A DNA stretch of 64,000 nucleotides from Sedimentisphaerales bacterium (GCA_963663805.2 CAXXMR010000012.1:512001-576000); one strand, 5' to 3'. Counted from the stretch's first letter, positions 1-10,530 are shown. The notes: generated by a model from the letters alone, not told the origin. Translations and numbers: made by a program.

Positions 1-697
1 AAATATCAATCAGGTAACTCGGTGCCCAGGTGGCGCCCTTGCCCAGATAACTGAAATATATTTCCTGCCCCGCCCCCGCTGGTGCCGCCAGAGCAACACG
101 CAGATTTGCGACCTTGCCCGAATTGGCAACCTGTTTGTTTACGATGCCGCCCGGAAAACGCACCTGCACCACCTGCCGCGGGTCCACCGCTTCTATCCCG
201 CTATCAGTTTCAAGATATACTAACTGTCCCCCAACACGAATCCCGGAATTGTCAGTTCGCCCCGTCGCGTAAGGACCAGGCAGCCATTTAGCCTGACCAT
301 CAACAAAATCCGCCAGCCGCCCGGTTAGGTGCTGATATTCCTCGCCAGCCAAAACCACCGACACCTGCTCACCAACATTCGCCCGCAAAAGCTCCGCAAT
401 GGTTTCAGCCTTATGAGTCTCCGGCGAATCCGTCGCAAACGCGACCGTACTAACCACCGCCAAATCCCGGTTATACGATGTCCAGAACGTGCCGTGTACC
501 GCGGCAGTGAAGGGCCCCACTTCAAAAACATCAGCCCCCGTCGGCACTTCCGCCCGACAGACAAAATAAGCCAAACCGTTCTTAAACAACATCACCTCAA
601 CCAACCGCGGCTGAACCACATTGGATTCCGCCCGGCATAATCCCGAAAACATCACGGCCGATACCAGAAACAAAACTATTAACTGTTTAGTCTTCAT
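1..697 (-). CDS. Exported DUF4139-like protein, 5' part only (runs off the window start)
   Basis: Not in the ORF track. ATG at 697 with GGAGG upstream. My translation reads MKTKQLIVLFLVSAVMF (signal peptide) ... LFKNGLAYF ... SYLGKGATWAPSYLIDI, motifs typical of DUF4139/DUF4140 proteins. Confidence 0.6.
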   Translation of the reverse strand, partial: MKTKQLIVLFLVSAVMFSGLCRAESNVVQPRLVEVMLFKNGLAYFVCRAEVPTGADVFEVGPFTAAVHGTFWTSYNRDLAVVSTVAFATDSPETHKAETIAELLRANVGEQVSVVLAGEEYQHLTGRLADFVDGQAKWLPGPYATGRTDNSGIRVGGQLVYLETDSGIEAVDPRQVVQVRFPGGIVNKQVANSGKVANLRVALAAPAGAGQEIYFSYLGKGATWAPSYLIDI

Positions 698-734
698 GAA
701 AGCGCCTCCAAAATGGTTTCTCAAATCTGTTCAT

Positions 735-770
735 AAAAAAAGGCGGAAGCTCCGAAGATACTTCCGCCTC
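735..770 (-). terminator. Intrinsic terminator downstream of the OmpA/MotB gene
   Basis: Minus strand GAGGCGGAAG-tatcttcggag-CTTCCGCCT followed by a T run. Confidence 0.75.
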
Positions 771-818
771 GCTTGCCGTTATTTATGACCAACAAATGTC
801 CATCTGGTTCCCCAAATT

Positions 819-1601
819 TTACATGGCCGTGTTAATCCGAATCTGACCTGCCGGCACGATATAAATCTCTACCCGACGATTTTTGGCACTGCCCTTCTTG
901 CCCGGCTGATTAGGCTCGGCTGGATGAAACTCGCCCATACCCATTACCGTAGTGCGAGTCTCCGCAATTTCACCAGCCAAAATCCGCTGCACCGAAATCG
1001 CCCGGTGGGCCGAAAGATGCCAGTTGGTCGGATGCCTGTCAGCCGAAGCCCGAATGGGCTGGTCGTCCGTGTGTCCCACGATTAGCACATCAAAACTCTG
1101 AGCTGCCGGAGTATCCATAATCTTGCCCAGCTCCTTCAACTGCGGCTGAGCCTTATCGGAAACCTTGTCCGAACCCGCGTTGAACAGCAGGTCACTCTTA
1201 AAACGCACAATTCCGCGCTCTTCGTCAAAAGTCACCAAATCAGAACCGGTTTGTGCCGCCCAGTCCGCCAAAGCCGAATTAAGTTCCGGCGGCAGAGCCG
1301 GCTGGCCAACCTGCTGGCTCAACTGCTCGATCAAAGCGTTCTTGCTCTTCAAGGCTGCTTCCAACGCCGCGATCTTTTCCTTTTCCAAACCCTTCATCTT
1401 CAGCAATTGTTCATATTGCTGACGGGCCCGGTCGGCGTCCATGCGAGCGTTATTCTGGTCACCTTCCACACCTTCCAGCCGCTCCAGCAGCGTCGCGTTC
1501 CGACGCATGCAGTTGTCATAATCCGCTTTGGACGCACAACCGCTCATAACCACCAACAGCATCAGCACCGCGCAACTAATTAACATCGACCTGAAAGTCA
1601 T
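819..1601 (-). CDS. OmpA/MotB-family peptidoglycan-binding lipoprotein with coiled coil
   Basis: Lipobox-like MSGC, coiled-coil region, and C-terminal motifs GHTDDQP, NWHLSAHRA, NRRVEI. Start moved to ATG 1601 (AAGGAG upstream). Confidence 0.85.
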   Translation of the reverse strand: MTFRSMLISCAVLMLLVVMSGCASKADYDNCMRRNATLLERLEGVEGDQNNARMDADRARQQYEQLLKMKGLEKEKIAALEAALKSKNALIEQLSQQVGQPALPPELNSALADWAAQTGSDLVTFDEERGIVRFKSDLLFNAGSDKVSDKAQPQLKELGKIMDTPAAQSFDVLIVGHTDDQPIRASADRHPTNWHLSAHRAISVQRILAGEIAETRTTVMGMGEFHPAEPNQPGKKGSAKNRRVEIYIVPAGQIRINTAM

Positions 1602-1690
1602 AGGAATCTCCTTTCGCGAAAATTTTCTATGGATCATTTTATAAATCGGCATTTTAACTGCCGCTATGTACGGTATAGACCATCCGAATA

Positions 1691-2854
1691 TTACTTCTTA
1701 GCCTTTTTCTCTTTTTTGGGCTTGGGAGCTTTAGCTTTCTTTTCCTTTTTCGGCTTGGGGGCCTTAGCTTTCTTTTCTTTCTGGGTCTTGGTTCCGCCGC
1801 CACCACCGCTTACCGCGGCACCGATACCCCATATCGCCAGAAACAATACCAACGCCCCGCCCACGATATAAAGGATATATTCACCCGCGGCTGCCACCAA
1901 ACTCGGATTCAAACCCGACGCTGCCGACCCCACCACACAGCTCGTAAATATCAGTGCCAGCAACGGGACTATCATCGCGATACCATAAGGCACGCTCGCG
2001 GGGTCATAAACCGCCACCGCCGTATGCAAATATTCCGGACCCGCACCGGGCTCAGGCATTTCCATTTCCATCGTCGCGTCAACTGTCGCCGCTGCCGCCG
2101 CCTCCAGCTGGGTCGGCATCTGAGTTTCGATGTCACCTTCTTCATTACCCGGATAAATTTCTTCCAGCAGTTCGGCACCCAGACTGGTGTCATCTGCTTC
2201 ACGAGTCAAATCCAGCAGACCACTGCCGCTGCTGCCGCTGTCCAGTTGAACATGATCGTCCAGGTCCGGTGCCATCTGCGTCTGAGCCAGCGGGTCTATG
2301 ATTTCCAGGTCGTCATCGGAATCGCCCAAAATGTCAACACCATCGTGGTTAGTAATCACAGTATCGTCTTTAGAGGGCATAAGGGAACTGCCTTCCAGAC
2401 TGATTTGGTCGGCACTTTGCGAAGACAGATTAAGGCTATCACCGGTCTGGCTAGCCGAAAGGTCCAGCGCCCCGGATTCCTCCGACAAACCCAGAGGCCC
2501 CATACTGCTGCCGCCGACCAGACCAATTTCGCCCGATTCGTCCAGGGCCAAACTATCCAACCCGTCTTCGTCCGGAAGCATAACATCAGAACCCGCCGAC
2601 AAATCCACGCCCGCACTGGCACCCGGAGACAGACCAATCTCACCAGATTCGTCCAACGCCAGAGAAATATCACTGCCCCCGGCATCGCCGCCCGCCCCGC
2701 CGGCCAGGGTGTCAACTTCGTCAACTTTGTACATCAGTTTCGCCCCGTCCCGAAATTCACGCAATTTGCCTTCCTGAACCATCTTCTTTACGGCTTCTTC
2801 CGTGCAGCCGAGTTTACCCTGAACTTCTTCCAGACCGTAAAACATCTTTGCCAT
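1691..2854 (-). CDS. N-terminal excisionase/MerR-like HTH protein with acidic low-complexity linker, two TM helices and Lys-rich tail
   Basis: GKLREFRDGAKLMYK HTH-like N-terminus; LALDESGEIGL occurs twice; two hydrophobic segments; KEKKAKAPKPK repeats. Resembles planctomycete-type HTH proteins. Confidence 0.7.
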   Translation of the reverse strand: MAKMFYGLEEVQGKLGCTEEAVKKMVQEGKLREFRDGAKLMYKVDEVDTLAGGAGGDAGGSDISLALDESGEIGLSPGASAGVDLSAGSDVMLPDEDGLDSLALDESGEIGLVGGSSMGPLGLSEESGALDLSASQTGDSLNLSSQSADQISLEGSSLMPSKDDTVITNHDGVDILGDSDDDLEIIDPLAQTQMAPDLDDHVQLDSGSSGSGLLDLTREADDTSLGAELLEEIYPGNEEGDIETQMPTQLEAAAAATVDATMEMEMPEPGAGPEYLHTAVAVYDPASVPYGIAMIVPLLALIFTSCVVGSAASGLNPSLVAAAGEYILYIVGGALVLFLAIWGIGAAVSGGGGGTKTQKEKKAKAPKPKKEKKAKAPKPKKEKKAKK

Positions 2855-2895
2855 CGCTGGTTCCTTCTTAAATACTTAAATAACCGTATCTTAGG

Positions 2896-3300
2896 TCATT
2901 GCTTCGCCGGGGCCGACACTGCGGGGCCTTCCTCTTGGTCAAGCCATTGAGCCCGCTTGAGAAGCTCCTGAACTTCCGATACCGGCGGCTGTGAAGAATT
3001 ATATTCTTCCAACTGCCTATCATAACGATAGCTGCGAACAGCTAACAACACCAACCCACCTATATCGCCACGCCGCCCCTGATACTGATAAATGCTTATG
3101 GTTTCATTAGTTCTATCAATTAATGCCAGCCCGTCTGAATTACCACCCAGATTCAAAATCAGCACGGTTAAATCATCACCACCCCCGGCCGGGCCAAAAT
3201 TGCCGTCCTGCTGGGTCAGTAAAATCGTAGCCGCACAAGCCGAAACCAGCAACAATACCAGAAACAGCGCCGCACCAGGATGAGCCGCTCTCTGCAACAA
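2896..3300 (-). CDS. Hypothetical membrane-anchored or exported protein
   Basis: 134-aa ORF with N-terminal hydrophobic helix, co-oriented with the downstream genes. Confidence 0.6.
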   Translation of the reverse strand: MLQRAAHPGAALFLVLLLVSACAATILLTQQDGNFGPAGGGDDLTVLILNLGGNSDGLALIDRTNETISIYQYQGRRGDIGGLVLLAVRSYRYDRQLEEYNSSQPPVSEVQELLKRAQWLDQEEGPAVSAPAKQ

Positions 3301-3472
3301 TCTACAACCCCTTGATACAAAACTATTTATCGCTATAAACTATCCAAACTATATTATAGTCGCCATTTGCCAGCCTATGCAAGCCAAATATTTAACGCAA
3401 AACGGCAACAATTTGTCAGAACCGTCTAAAGGGAATCTCGCCCAAACAAAAGCCCGAAACCCCAACGCCGGG

Positions 3473-3612
3473 AAAATAAAAAAACTTCGCCAAAGGCGAA
3501 ACCTTGCCGTTACCCCCAAATGACCGCGGCGATTTATAAGTGCGATACGCACCTTCTTGCGCAGCAAGGCCCTGGTCTTCGCAGTAGACAACATCGCCGC
3601 CTATTTGGGGTA
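3473..3612. repeat. Intergenic repeat: short palindromic module plus ~100-bp imperfect inverted repeat
   Basis: TTCGCCAAAGGCGAA...GCCGTTA matches the reverse complement of copies at 56.4, 57.3 and 58.2 kb. 3511-3612 forms nested stems CCCCAAAT/ATTTGGGG and GCGGCGAT/ATCGCCGC. Confidence 0.7.
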
Positions 3613-3616
3613 TAGC

Positions 3617-5497
3617 TCACTGCGACCGCCGCCGCGCCCAACGGTCCGGCAAAAGTCTGGCCGCGATTTCTTCGATGGAGTCTTCCGGGCAAAGTTCGCT
3701 CAGGGCGGCGATAATTCGTCTTCTCAAATTTTCATCCGTAACATCATTAAACAATCCTATCAGCGGCAAAATAGCGGCAGGGTCACCGATCTTGGCCAAA
3801 GCTGAGATGGTATCACCTAATCTGCTATGGTCCAACCGACGCAGATTTTCCAGCAGGGCCCTGAGTGAATCAAATCCGCCGATGTCACCCAAAGCACGGG
3901 CGGCACGGGCCTGAACCAGACTGTCCCGGTCATAAAGTGCCCGGCCCAGCGCTTCGCAGGCCTGAGCGCTGCCAATCTTGCCCAAAGCTTCCGCAGCGTT
4001 ATGACGTACCCGCCGACTGGGATCTTTCAGCGAACGAACCAGCTCATGAATCGCCAGCGGACTCTGCATTCTGCCCAGCCGCCTGGCGGCACGAGCCCGA
4101 CGATTGGCATCTTTGGCCAGTCGCAATTTGTCTATTTCAATACTTGCCCGGAAGGGATTGCCGCTGCGTAGATATGACAAAACAGTCCGAACCGACACAC
4201 TGCCCGGCTCGGGCCAACGCTTGACCAGCGGCAAAGCACTGAAACGCAGCAATAAAGCCGCGAAAAAAATCACATGATAACCGTTCCACCGGTAAGGCCC
4301 AAAATCAACGGTAAAAACCGAAGAAATCGGGTCGATAATAATGCCTGATATCAAAGGAGCTATCCCACCAGCCAAACCAATAGCCAGAAAATTCGTCGCC
4401 GCGATATACATCGCCCGGTTCTTACGCGGAGTACATTTCATGGCTACTCCCTGAATTATCATCAGCCAGGCACCCTGAAACAAACCATCCAGCAGCAAAG
4501 CCACCGTAAAAACAGCCTCCGCAAAAACCGGTATATTCGGCAAAAAAACATAAACCAGTGGAATAACACACTTGCCCACAACCACCATCTGCAAGACCGG
4601 TTTGAAACCATAAATATCACAGAGTAATCCGCACAATCGAGAGGAATACAAAGACGCCACCGCATAGGTCAAAAAAATCAACTGAACCTTTACCGCACTG
4701 AATCCCAGCTCCTCAATCATATAGGGATAACAAAACGGACCCATGAACATCATGGCAAATGTAAAAAAACCGCGAAAAATCAAAAAAGGACGATACTCAT
4801 TATTGTTCAAAGGCTCCTTTAGCGTCGCCATAAAACCTATAGTCGAATGAAGCTCCTCTGGAGGCTCCGGAATAGGATAGAACAGCAAAATATCTATAAC
4901 CCCCGCGATAATGGCAGTGACAGACAGAACCGTAAAACCGAGAATAATCTCGTCGTTACGCTCAAAATACCAAAAGAGCAACGCCGAACCTAACTGCGTC
5001 AAAATACTGTAGGCGCTGATTATCCGCTGACGATTGCCCCAGTAACGGTTAAGAGAATCCTTGGGAATTATATCCGCCATCCACGACATCCACAGCGGCA
5101 CCGAAAACTGCATCAAAATATTATGTACCAGAAGAACCGTGATTATCCACCACAAACGCGGCCTCTCACTCCGAAACAAAACCGGAGCCGCCAGAACCAA
5201 AAAAAATAACAGGCGATGAACGATACATATTACCATCCAAACCCGCTTGCGACGCGGCATATGATTGGACCAGACCGCCGCAACCATCTGGAACACCAAC
5301 GCAAACGAACCCAACGCCGCCAGCAAACCAAAATCAAAAGGCTTCGCCCCCAGCTCCGTCATGTATTTTGTATACGGGGCCCCCAATACGCAAACCGAAA
5401 AGTAATACGTCCCCAAAACGCCACCCGCGCAAACATAACGCCAGTAACGATCCAGGTTCGCTATGCCGGTTACCGAAATTTCCCGGTCCTCGCTCAT
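3617..5497 (-). CDS. MFS transporter fused to C-terminal HEAT repeats
   Basis: About 12 TM segments followed by PBS-lyase/HEAT-like repeats (VRHNAAEALGKIG, VQARAARALGDIG). Confidence 0.8.
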   Translation of the reverse strand: MSEDREISVTGIANLDRYWRYVCAGGVLGTYYFSVCVLGAPYTKYMTELGAKPFDFGLLAALGSFALVFQMVAAVWSNHMPRRKRVWMVICIVHRLLFFLVLAAPVLFRSERPRLWWIITVLLVHNILMQFSVPLWMSWMADIIPKDSLNRYWGNRQRIISAYSILTQLGSALLFWYFERNDEIILGFTVLSVTAIIAGVIDILLFYPIPEPPEELHSTIGFMATLKEPLNNNEYRPFLIFRGFFTFAMMFMGPFCYPYMIEELGFSAVKVQLIFLTYAVASLYSSRLCGLLCDIYGFKPVLQMVVVGKCVIPLVYVFLPNIPVFAEAVFTVALLLDGLFQGAWLMIIQGVAMKCTPRKNRAMYIAATNFLAIGLAGGIAPLISGIIIDPISSVFTVDFGPYRWNGYHVIFFAALLLRFSALPLVKRWPEPGSVSVRTVLSYLRSGNPFRASIEIDKLRLAKDANRRARAARRLGRMQSPLAIHELVRSLKDPSRRVRHNAAEALGKIGSAQACEALGRALYDRDSLVQARAARALGDIGGFDSLRALLENLRRLDHSRLGDTISALAKIGDPAAILPLIGLFNDVTDENLRRRIIAALSELCPEDSIEEIAARLLPDRWARRRSQ

Positions 5498-5509
5498 AAT
5501 CTCAACAAT

Positions 5510-6883
5510 CTAATCCAACTTGCGGTTCAAGTCCCCGATTTCATTCTTGAATTTCTGCCATTTTTCCGTCGCCATCTGCCCGCCCCAGACCGGAATAATA
5601 CTGTTGTTATGCAGCAGCGGTTCATCAGGGTCGATACCATACTCCGCACAGGCCCGCGCAAAAAACGGCGTACCCGGTATCGGTGTATATTGACACAAAC
5701 GTATCTGCAAACCTGAATCATGCACCGCCGCCGCTGAGGCCGCCACTTCCGCCGGCTCCTGGCCCGGCAAACCCGCCAGAATATAAACCTCCAGCTCCTC
5801 CGCCTTATACCCCGCACCCAGAAGATTGGCAACCGCTTTTCGGAATATTTTGTCATTTATTTTTGAATCACTCGCACGCTGACCCACACTACCCTCTGCC
5901 GACGCTTCATAACTCAAACGTATCATCTCAAAATTGTTAGCGTACATCAGATTTGCAACTTCCTCGTCAATAAAACGAGCGTGCAATCCGTTAGGCGCCT
6001 GAAAACGAAACGGCAGGGACAACCCCCCCGCCTGTCTCATAATCTCGTTGAAATGTTCAGGCGCCGCAACCAACAACGCATCGTCAGCCAAGGCAACATT
6101 CAAACGCGGACGCGGACCCAGCAGTTTCGCCAGTTCCCTCAACTGTCCCACAAATTTACCCGCCGCCAACTGCCGCAGTTTGCCCTGCAAAAATCCGCTC
6201 GCACAATAATCACACCGATACGGACAACCCAGAGACGTTATCAACGCCAGATATTCCAGCCGACCATACAAATCATAAGCGGGCTCGGGCCAGTCATTCA
6301 AATCATCACTTATCCGCGAAACTTTTTCCCGACCCGTCAGCTCGCCCAGCCACCCAAATACCTCACTATAGCCCCGCTTGACAAAAACCCGGTCCGACCC
6401 GCTCACCTTCTGTGCGTGTTCGGGAATAAGACGCGCGTAAATCCCGCCCAACCCCACCGGAGTATCCGGCACAAAATCCCGAGCCAAATTAACCGCTTCT
6501 GCCACCCCCGGATACCAGTACGTCATCATACTGCCCACCAGCACCGCCGCGGGTTTATATGTCTCATAAGCCCGCCCCAAAAGCTCACCCGCTAAGTCCG
6601 CCGGCATGCCATACCTGCGATAATATCGCCCCACATGTTTCAGACACGCAGGCTTTTCCACAATCTCCGCGTAAAATTTCCCCGTGCCGTCCTCACGAAT
6701 CTTCGGCTCGCCATAACGAACCACCATCTCCGCCGAAAACCGGTCCAGCAAATCCACCAGCACCACCCCATAACCCTCCCGCCGCAGCAGCCCCGCTAGA
6801 TACAATAACCCCAGCGGCTTACTGAACAAATCATAAGCCGCAAAATCATATATCGGAGGATTAACTAAAACTACCCATTCCAT
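5510..6883 (-). CDS. B12-binding-domain radical SAM protein
   Basis: N-terminal LVNPPIYD...PLGLLYLA B12-binding-like domain; CPYRCDYC (CxxxCxxC) motif. Confidence 0.85.
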   Translation of the reverse strand: MEWVVLVNPPIYDFAAYDLFSKPLGLLYLAGLLRREGYGVVLVDLLDRFSAEMVVRYGEPKIREDGTGKFYAEIVEKPACLKHVGRYYRRYGMPADLAGELLGRAYETYKPAAVLVGSMMTYWYPGVAEAVNLARDFVPDTPVGLGGIYARLIPEHAQKVSGSDRVFVKRGYSEVFGWLGELTGREKVSRISDDLNDWPEPAYDLYGRLEYLALITSLGCPYRCDYCASGFLQGKLRQLAAGKFVGQLRELAKLLGPRPRLNVALADDALLVAAPEHFNEIMRQAGGLSLPFRFQAPNGLHARFIDEEVANLMYANNFEMIRLSYEASAEGSVGQRASDSKINDKIFRKAVANLLGAGYKAEELEVYILAGLPGQEPAEVAASAAAVHDSGLQIRLCQYTPIPGTPFFARACAEYGIDPDEPLLHNNSIIPVWGGQMATEKWQKFKNEIGDLNRKLD

Positions 6884-6894
6884 AATAACAACCC

Positions 6895-6985
6895 CGCCGT
6901 TGACGTTAAATAAAAACCATCGACCGAAGGTCGAAACCTCGCCGTTACACTCATGCCTCTTGCCTCATCCCTCTTGCCTTCTTCT
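6895..6985. repeat. Modular intergenic repeat (palindrome plus heptamer array)
   Basis: GTTAAATAAAAA..TCGACCGAAGGTCGA..GCCGTT followed by TCATGCC/TCTTGCC/TCATCCC heptamers. Confidence 0.75.
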
Positions 6986-6986
6986 A

Positions 6987-8831
6987 CTACTTCGAACTAG
7001 CCAGCTCCTGCTGATAACGACGCATCAGCGCCGCACGGGTAACCATACCCACAAACTCTGTCTCGCACTTCTCACCCACCACCGCGAAACCCGGAACCTC
7101 AAAACGAGAAAACTTATCCAGTACCGTATCCAGAGTATCATTTTCCTTAACCGTCGGCACTTCAGCCCGCGCCAGCTCGCCCGCCACCAAAAACGGCACC
7201 GCTTCCGGCTGCAAAAGTGCCGCCCGCAAATCTTCACCTATCAGCAGACCATGATATTTGCCCGCGTGGTCAGTCACAATGAAATCCGCCGTCTCCAAAT
7301 CAACCGCCATACGAATAACATCCTGCAAAGACGTATCGTCATAAACCCGCGTAAAAGTATCCTGCATAATCATCTGCACCGTAAGCCGCCGCAAAATCGC
7401 CGTATTCGCCCGCGTCTCATACTGAATCCCCCGCCGCCGCAGCTTCAGGGTATATATCGAGTCTCGATACAAAACCTGAGCTATCGCCGTCGCGATCGTC
7501 GCCGACAGCATTACCGGCATAATAATCCGATAGTTCCGCGTCATCTCAAACAATATGATTATCCCCGCCATGGGCGCATGCGTCGTCGCACTAACCACCG
7601 ACGCCATCCCCACCAGTGCGTAAGTCTCAGGACGTAAATCGCCATACCAACCCAAAGACTGCATCCCTAACCCAAACGCGTAACCAACCACCGCACCCAG
7701 AAAAAGGGACGGTGCAAAAACACCGCCCGAACCACCGCTGCCCAGAGTAAAACACGTCGCCAGAGATTTCAAACAAAACAATGCCGCCAATACCAAAAAC
7801 GTCAGATTAAGACTCGCCGCCCCTTCCGGCACATTAGCACCAATACACTGACCTATCAGACGATACCCGTTACCGAATATCGAAGGCTCGCCCACCTCGG
7901 TATTATCAAAAACACAAACCGTTAAAAGACCCAGCAACCCCAGACCAACCGCACCAATCACCGGCTTAGCTACATGATGAACCGGCAAACGCTTATCAAA
8001 AAAATCCTCAAAACCGTATAACAGCTTCACGAACAGCACCGCCGCGGCCGCACACAAAACTCCCAGCACCGCGTAATTACCAACTTCGTACCAGACAAAA
8101 TTATAAACATCAGGATTAACCAGCGGAAATATCGCTTCGTTTTCACCCAACAACGCAGAGGTCACCACACTGCTGACCACCGAAGCTATCAGCACCGGCG
8201 AAAAAGTCTTGAAGTTCAATTCCCGCAAAAATATTTCCAACGCAAAAAGAACCCCGGCAATAGGAGCGTGGAAAATCGCCGAGATACCTGCCGCAGCCCC
8301 GCAGCCTACCAGTACCGGCATATTGTATCGAACAACCTTGAAATACTGACCCAGCGTCGAGCCCAAAGCCGCACCTATCTGAATAATAGGACCTTCAGTA
8401 CCCGCCGAACCGCCCGAACCAATCGTCAACGCCGAAGATAACGCCTTGGCAATCGCCACCCGTGGCCGGATTACACCTTCACGCCGCGCAATCGCATCCA
8501 TCACTTCAGGAACACCGTGCCCCTTGGCCTCACGAGCAAAAAAATACGTAATCAGACCAACCAGCAGCATCCCCACACCCGGCAGAACTATCAGCATAAA
8601 ACCGCGACCACCGTAAAGCCCGCCCCCGTCAACATTACCATAACAAAGGTTATGACAAAGGTGAATCAGCTTCGTAAAACCCACCGAACCAACCGCCGTC
8701 AGCGCCCCGATCACCACCGCCAGAACGACCAGAAAACTATCTTCCTTAAAACCCAGCCGACGCAAAAGCCCGTCAAGCCGCCGACGCAAAGCTTCCCCCC
8801 CCCGTCGTACACTACCTGTCTCAGCCATCAT
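6987..8831 (-). CDS. ClC chloride channel / Cl-/H+ antiporter with CBS pair
   Basis: GHGVP, GTEGP and GGVFAP ClC signatures; C-terminal CBS domains. Start trimmed to MMAETG. Confidence 0.9.
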   Translation of the reverse strand: MMAETGSVRRGGEALRRRLDGLLRRLGFKEDSFLVVLAVVIGALTAVGSVGFTKLIHLCHNLCYGNVDGGGLYGGRGFMLIVLPGVGMLLVGLITYFFAREAKGHGVPEVMDAIARREGVIRPRVAIAKALSSALTIGSGGSAGTEGPIIQIGAALGSTLGQYFKVVRYNMPVLVGCGAAAGISAIFHAPIAGVLFALEIFLRELNFKTFSPVLIASVVSSVVTSALLGENEAIFPLVNPDVYNFVWYEVGNYAVLGVLCAAAAVLFVKLLYGFEDFFDKRLPVHHVAKPVIGAVGLGLLGLLTVCVFDNTEVGEPSIFGNGYRLIGQCIGANVPEGAASLNLTFLVLAALFCLKSLATCFTLGSGGSGGVFAPSLFLGAVVGYAFGLGMQSLGWYGDLRPETYALVGMASVVSATTHAPMAGIIILFEMTRNYRIIMPVMLSATIATAIAQVLYRDSIYTLKLRRRGIQYETRANTAILRRLTVQMIMQDTFTRVYDDTSLQDVIRMAVDLETADFIVTDHAGKYHGLLIGEDLRAALLQPEAVPFLVAGELARAEVPTVKENDTLDTVLDKFSRFEVPGFAVVGEKCETEFVGMVTRAALMRRYQQELASSK

Positions 8832-9063
8832 CCAGTTACCAATCAATAAGTCTAAAAATAAAAAGGCTAGCCCAGAGGTCATTCCGTCTCCGGCCAGCCA
8901 TACACGAGCATCATTATATCGCCCCAGACTCCCTATGAAAACCAATAATCAAAATTTTTCCCCACTGCCCGCCCGATAACCAAACCAACAACAGGAACCG
9001 AGCCGCATAACCGACCGGATAAGACTACCATCACCCATCCCTTACCCCAAAATCTCTGATTTC

Positions 9064-10530
9064 TTACCCTCCCCCCAGCTTCCCGTCCAGCAAATCACCC
9101 GCCACCTTAGGATTGGCCTGCCCTTTCGACTTCTGCATCACCTGCCCCAGCAAAAAGCCGCGGGCCTTACCCGCCTTCTTGCCGCCCGAACGAAAATCCT
9201 CAACCGCCTGAGCATTCGCCCCAATAACCTCAGCCACCAACGCCTCCAGCGCCCCCGTATCCGACTGTTGCACCAGATTATATTTCTGCGCCACTTCCTC
9301 AGCCCCCCCATCCTCGGCCATCATCTTCTCAAACAACGTCGCCGCCGCCGAAGCGTTCACCGTACCAGCCTCCACCAGCTTCGCCAACTCCGCCGCCTGT
9401 TCGATCGTCACCCCCAACTCCGAAACCGCACAACCCTTTTCATTCGCCAGCTTCAAACCAAACTGCGTCACAATATTCGCCGCCCGCTTCGGTTGCGCGC
9501 CCGCCTTGACCGCCCCATCAAAAAACTCCGCCGTCGCCCTGTCACCCGTCAACACCGAAGCGTCATAATCACTCAGCCCATATTCATCCTCAAACCGCTG
9601 CTTCATCGCCAGCGGCAATTCGCCCAACCCGCTCGCTATCCGACCCAGCCACTCATCATCAATCTCCACCGGCACCAAATCCGGCTCCGGAAAATAACGA
9701 TATTCATGCGCCTCTTCCTTCTCCCGCTGAAAAACCGTGACACCCTTGGCATCGTCCCACCCGCGATTCTGCTTACCACATTTTTCTATCGTGAAATTAC
9801 GGTCCTTTTTCCACTCCTCAAGCTGCCGCCATTCTTCATACGCCACAGCCTTTTCCACCGCCTTAAAACTGTTCAGATTCTTAATCTCACATATCGGCGT
9901 GCGATATTCCTGACCGTCGTCATCGGTAATCTTCAGATTGATATTCGGCTCAAAACGCATATGACCTTTTTGCATGTCCGCGTGCGACACCCCGATAAAC
10001 TGCACCAGCTTCTGCAGCTCCATCGCCATAATCCGGCATTCCTCGGCACTGCCCAAATCAGGCTCCGAAACTATCTCCAAAAGCGGCGTACCCGTCCGAT
10101 TCAAATCAACCTGCGAATGGTCCAGCCCCTCATGCTGACTCTTACCGGCGTCCTCTTCCAGATGAGCCCGCAATATCCGAATCTTCTTCATCGACCCGTC
10201 CCCCAGAGGAATATCGAGATAACCATGCTCACTCATCGGCAGGTCATATTGACTTATCTGATAATTCTTCGGCAGGTCCGGGTAATAGTAACTTTTCCGG
10301 TCCCACTTGGTAAACCGCGGTATCGAGCAGTTCAAAGCCAGCGCCGCCTTAACCGAATACTCATAAGCCTGCTTGTTCATCACCGGCAGAACCCCCGGCA
10401 TCCCGATACAAACCGGACAAACATGACTATTGGCCGGATCATCAAAAACCAGCTCACAACCGCAGAACAGCTTCGTCCGACAAGCCAGCTGGACATGTAT
10501 CTCCATCCCCACTATCAATTCAACCTGCAT
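9064..10530 (-). CDS. gatB: Asp-tRNA(Asn)/Glu-tRNA(Gln) amidotransferase subunit B
   Basis: GMEIHVQL, RKSYYYPDLPKNYQISQ, HLEEDAGK, YRYFPEPDL motifs. Confidence 0.97.
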   Translation of the reverse strand: MQVELIVGMEIHVQLACRTKLFCGCELVFDDPANSHVCPVCIGMPGVLPVMNKQAYEYSVKAALALNCSIPRFTKWDRKSYYYPDLPKNYQISQYDLPMSEHGYLDIPLGDGSMKKIRILRAHLEEDAGKSQHEGLDHSQVDLNRTGTPLLEIVSEPDLGSAEECRIMAMELQKLVQFIGVSHADMQKGHMRFEPNINLKITDDDGQEYRTPICEIKNLNSFKAVEKAVAYEEWRQLEEWKKDRNFTIEKCGKQNRGWDDAKGVTVFQREKEEAHEYRYFPEPDLVPVEIDDEWLGRIASGLGELPLAMKQRFEDEYGLSDYDASVLTGDRATAEFFDGAVKAGAQPKRAANIVTQFGLKLANEKGCAVSELGVTIEQAAELAKLVEAGTVNASAAATLFEKMMAEDGGAEEVAQKYNLVQQSDTGALEALVAEVIGANAQAVEDFRSGGKKAGKARGFLLGQVMQKSKGQANPKVAGDLLDGKLGGG

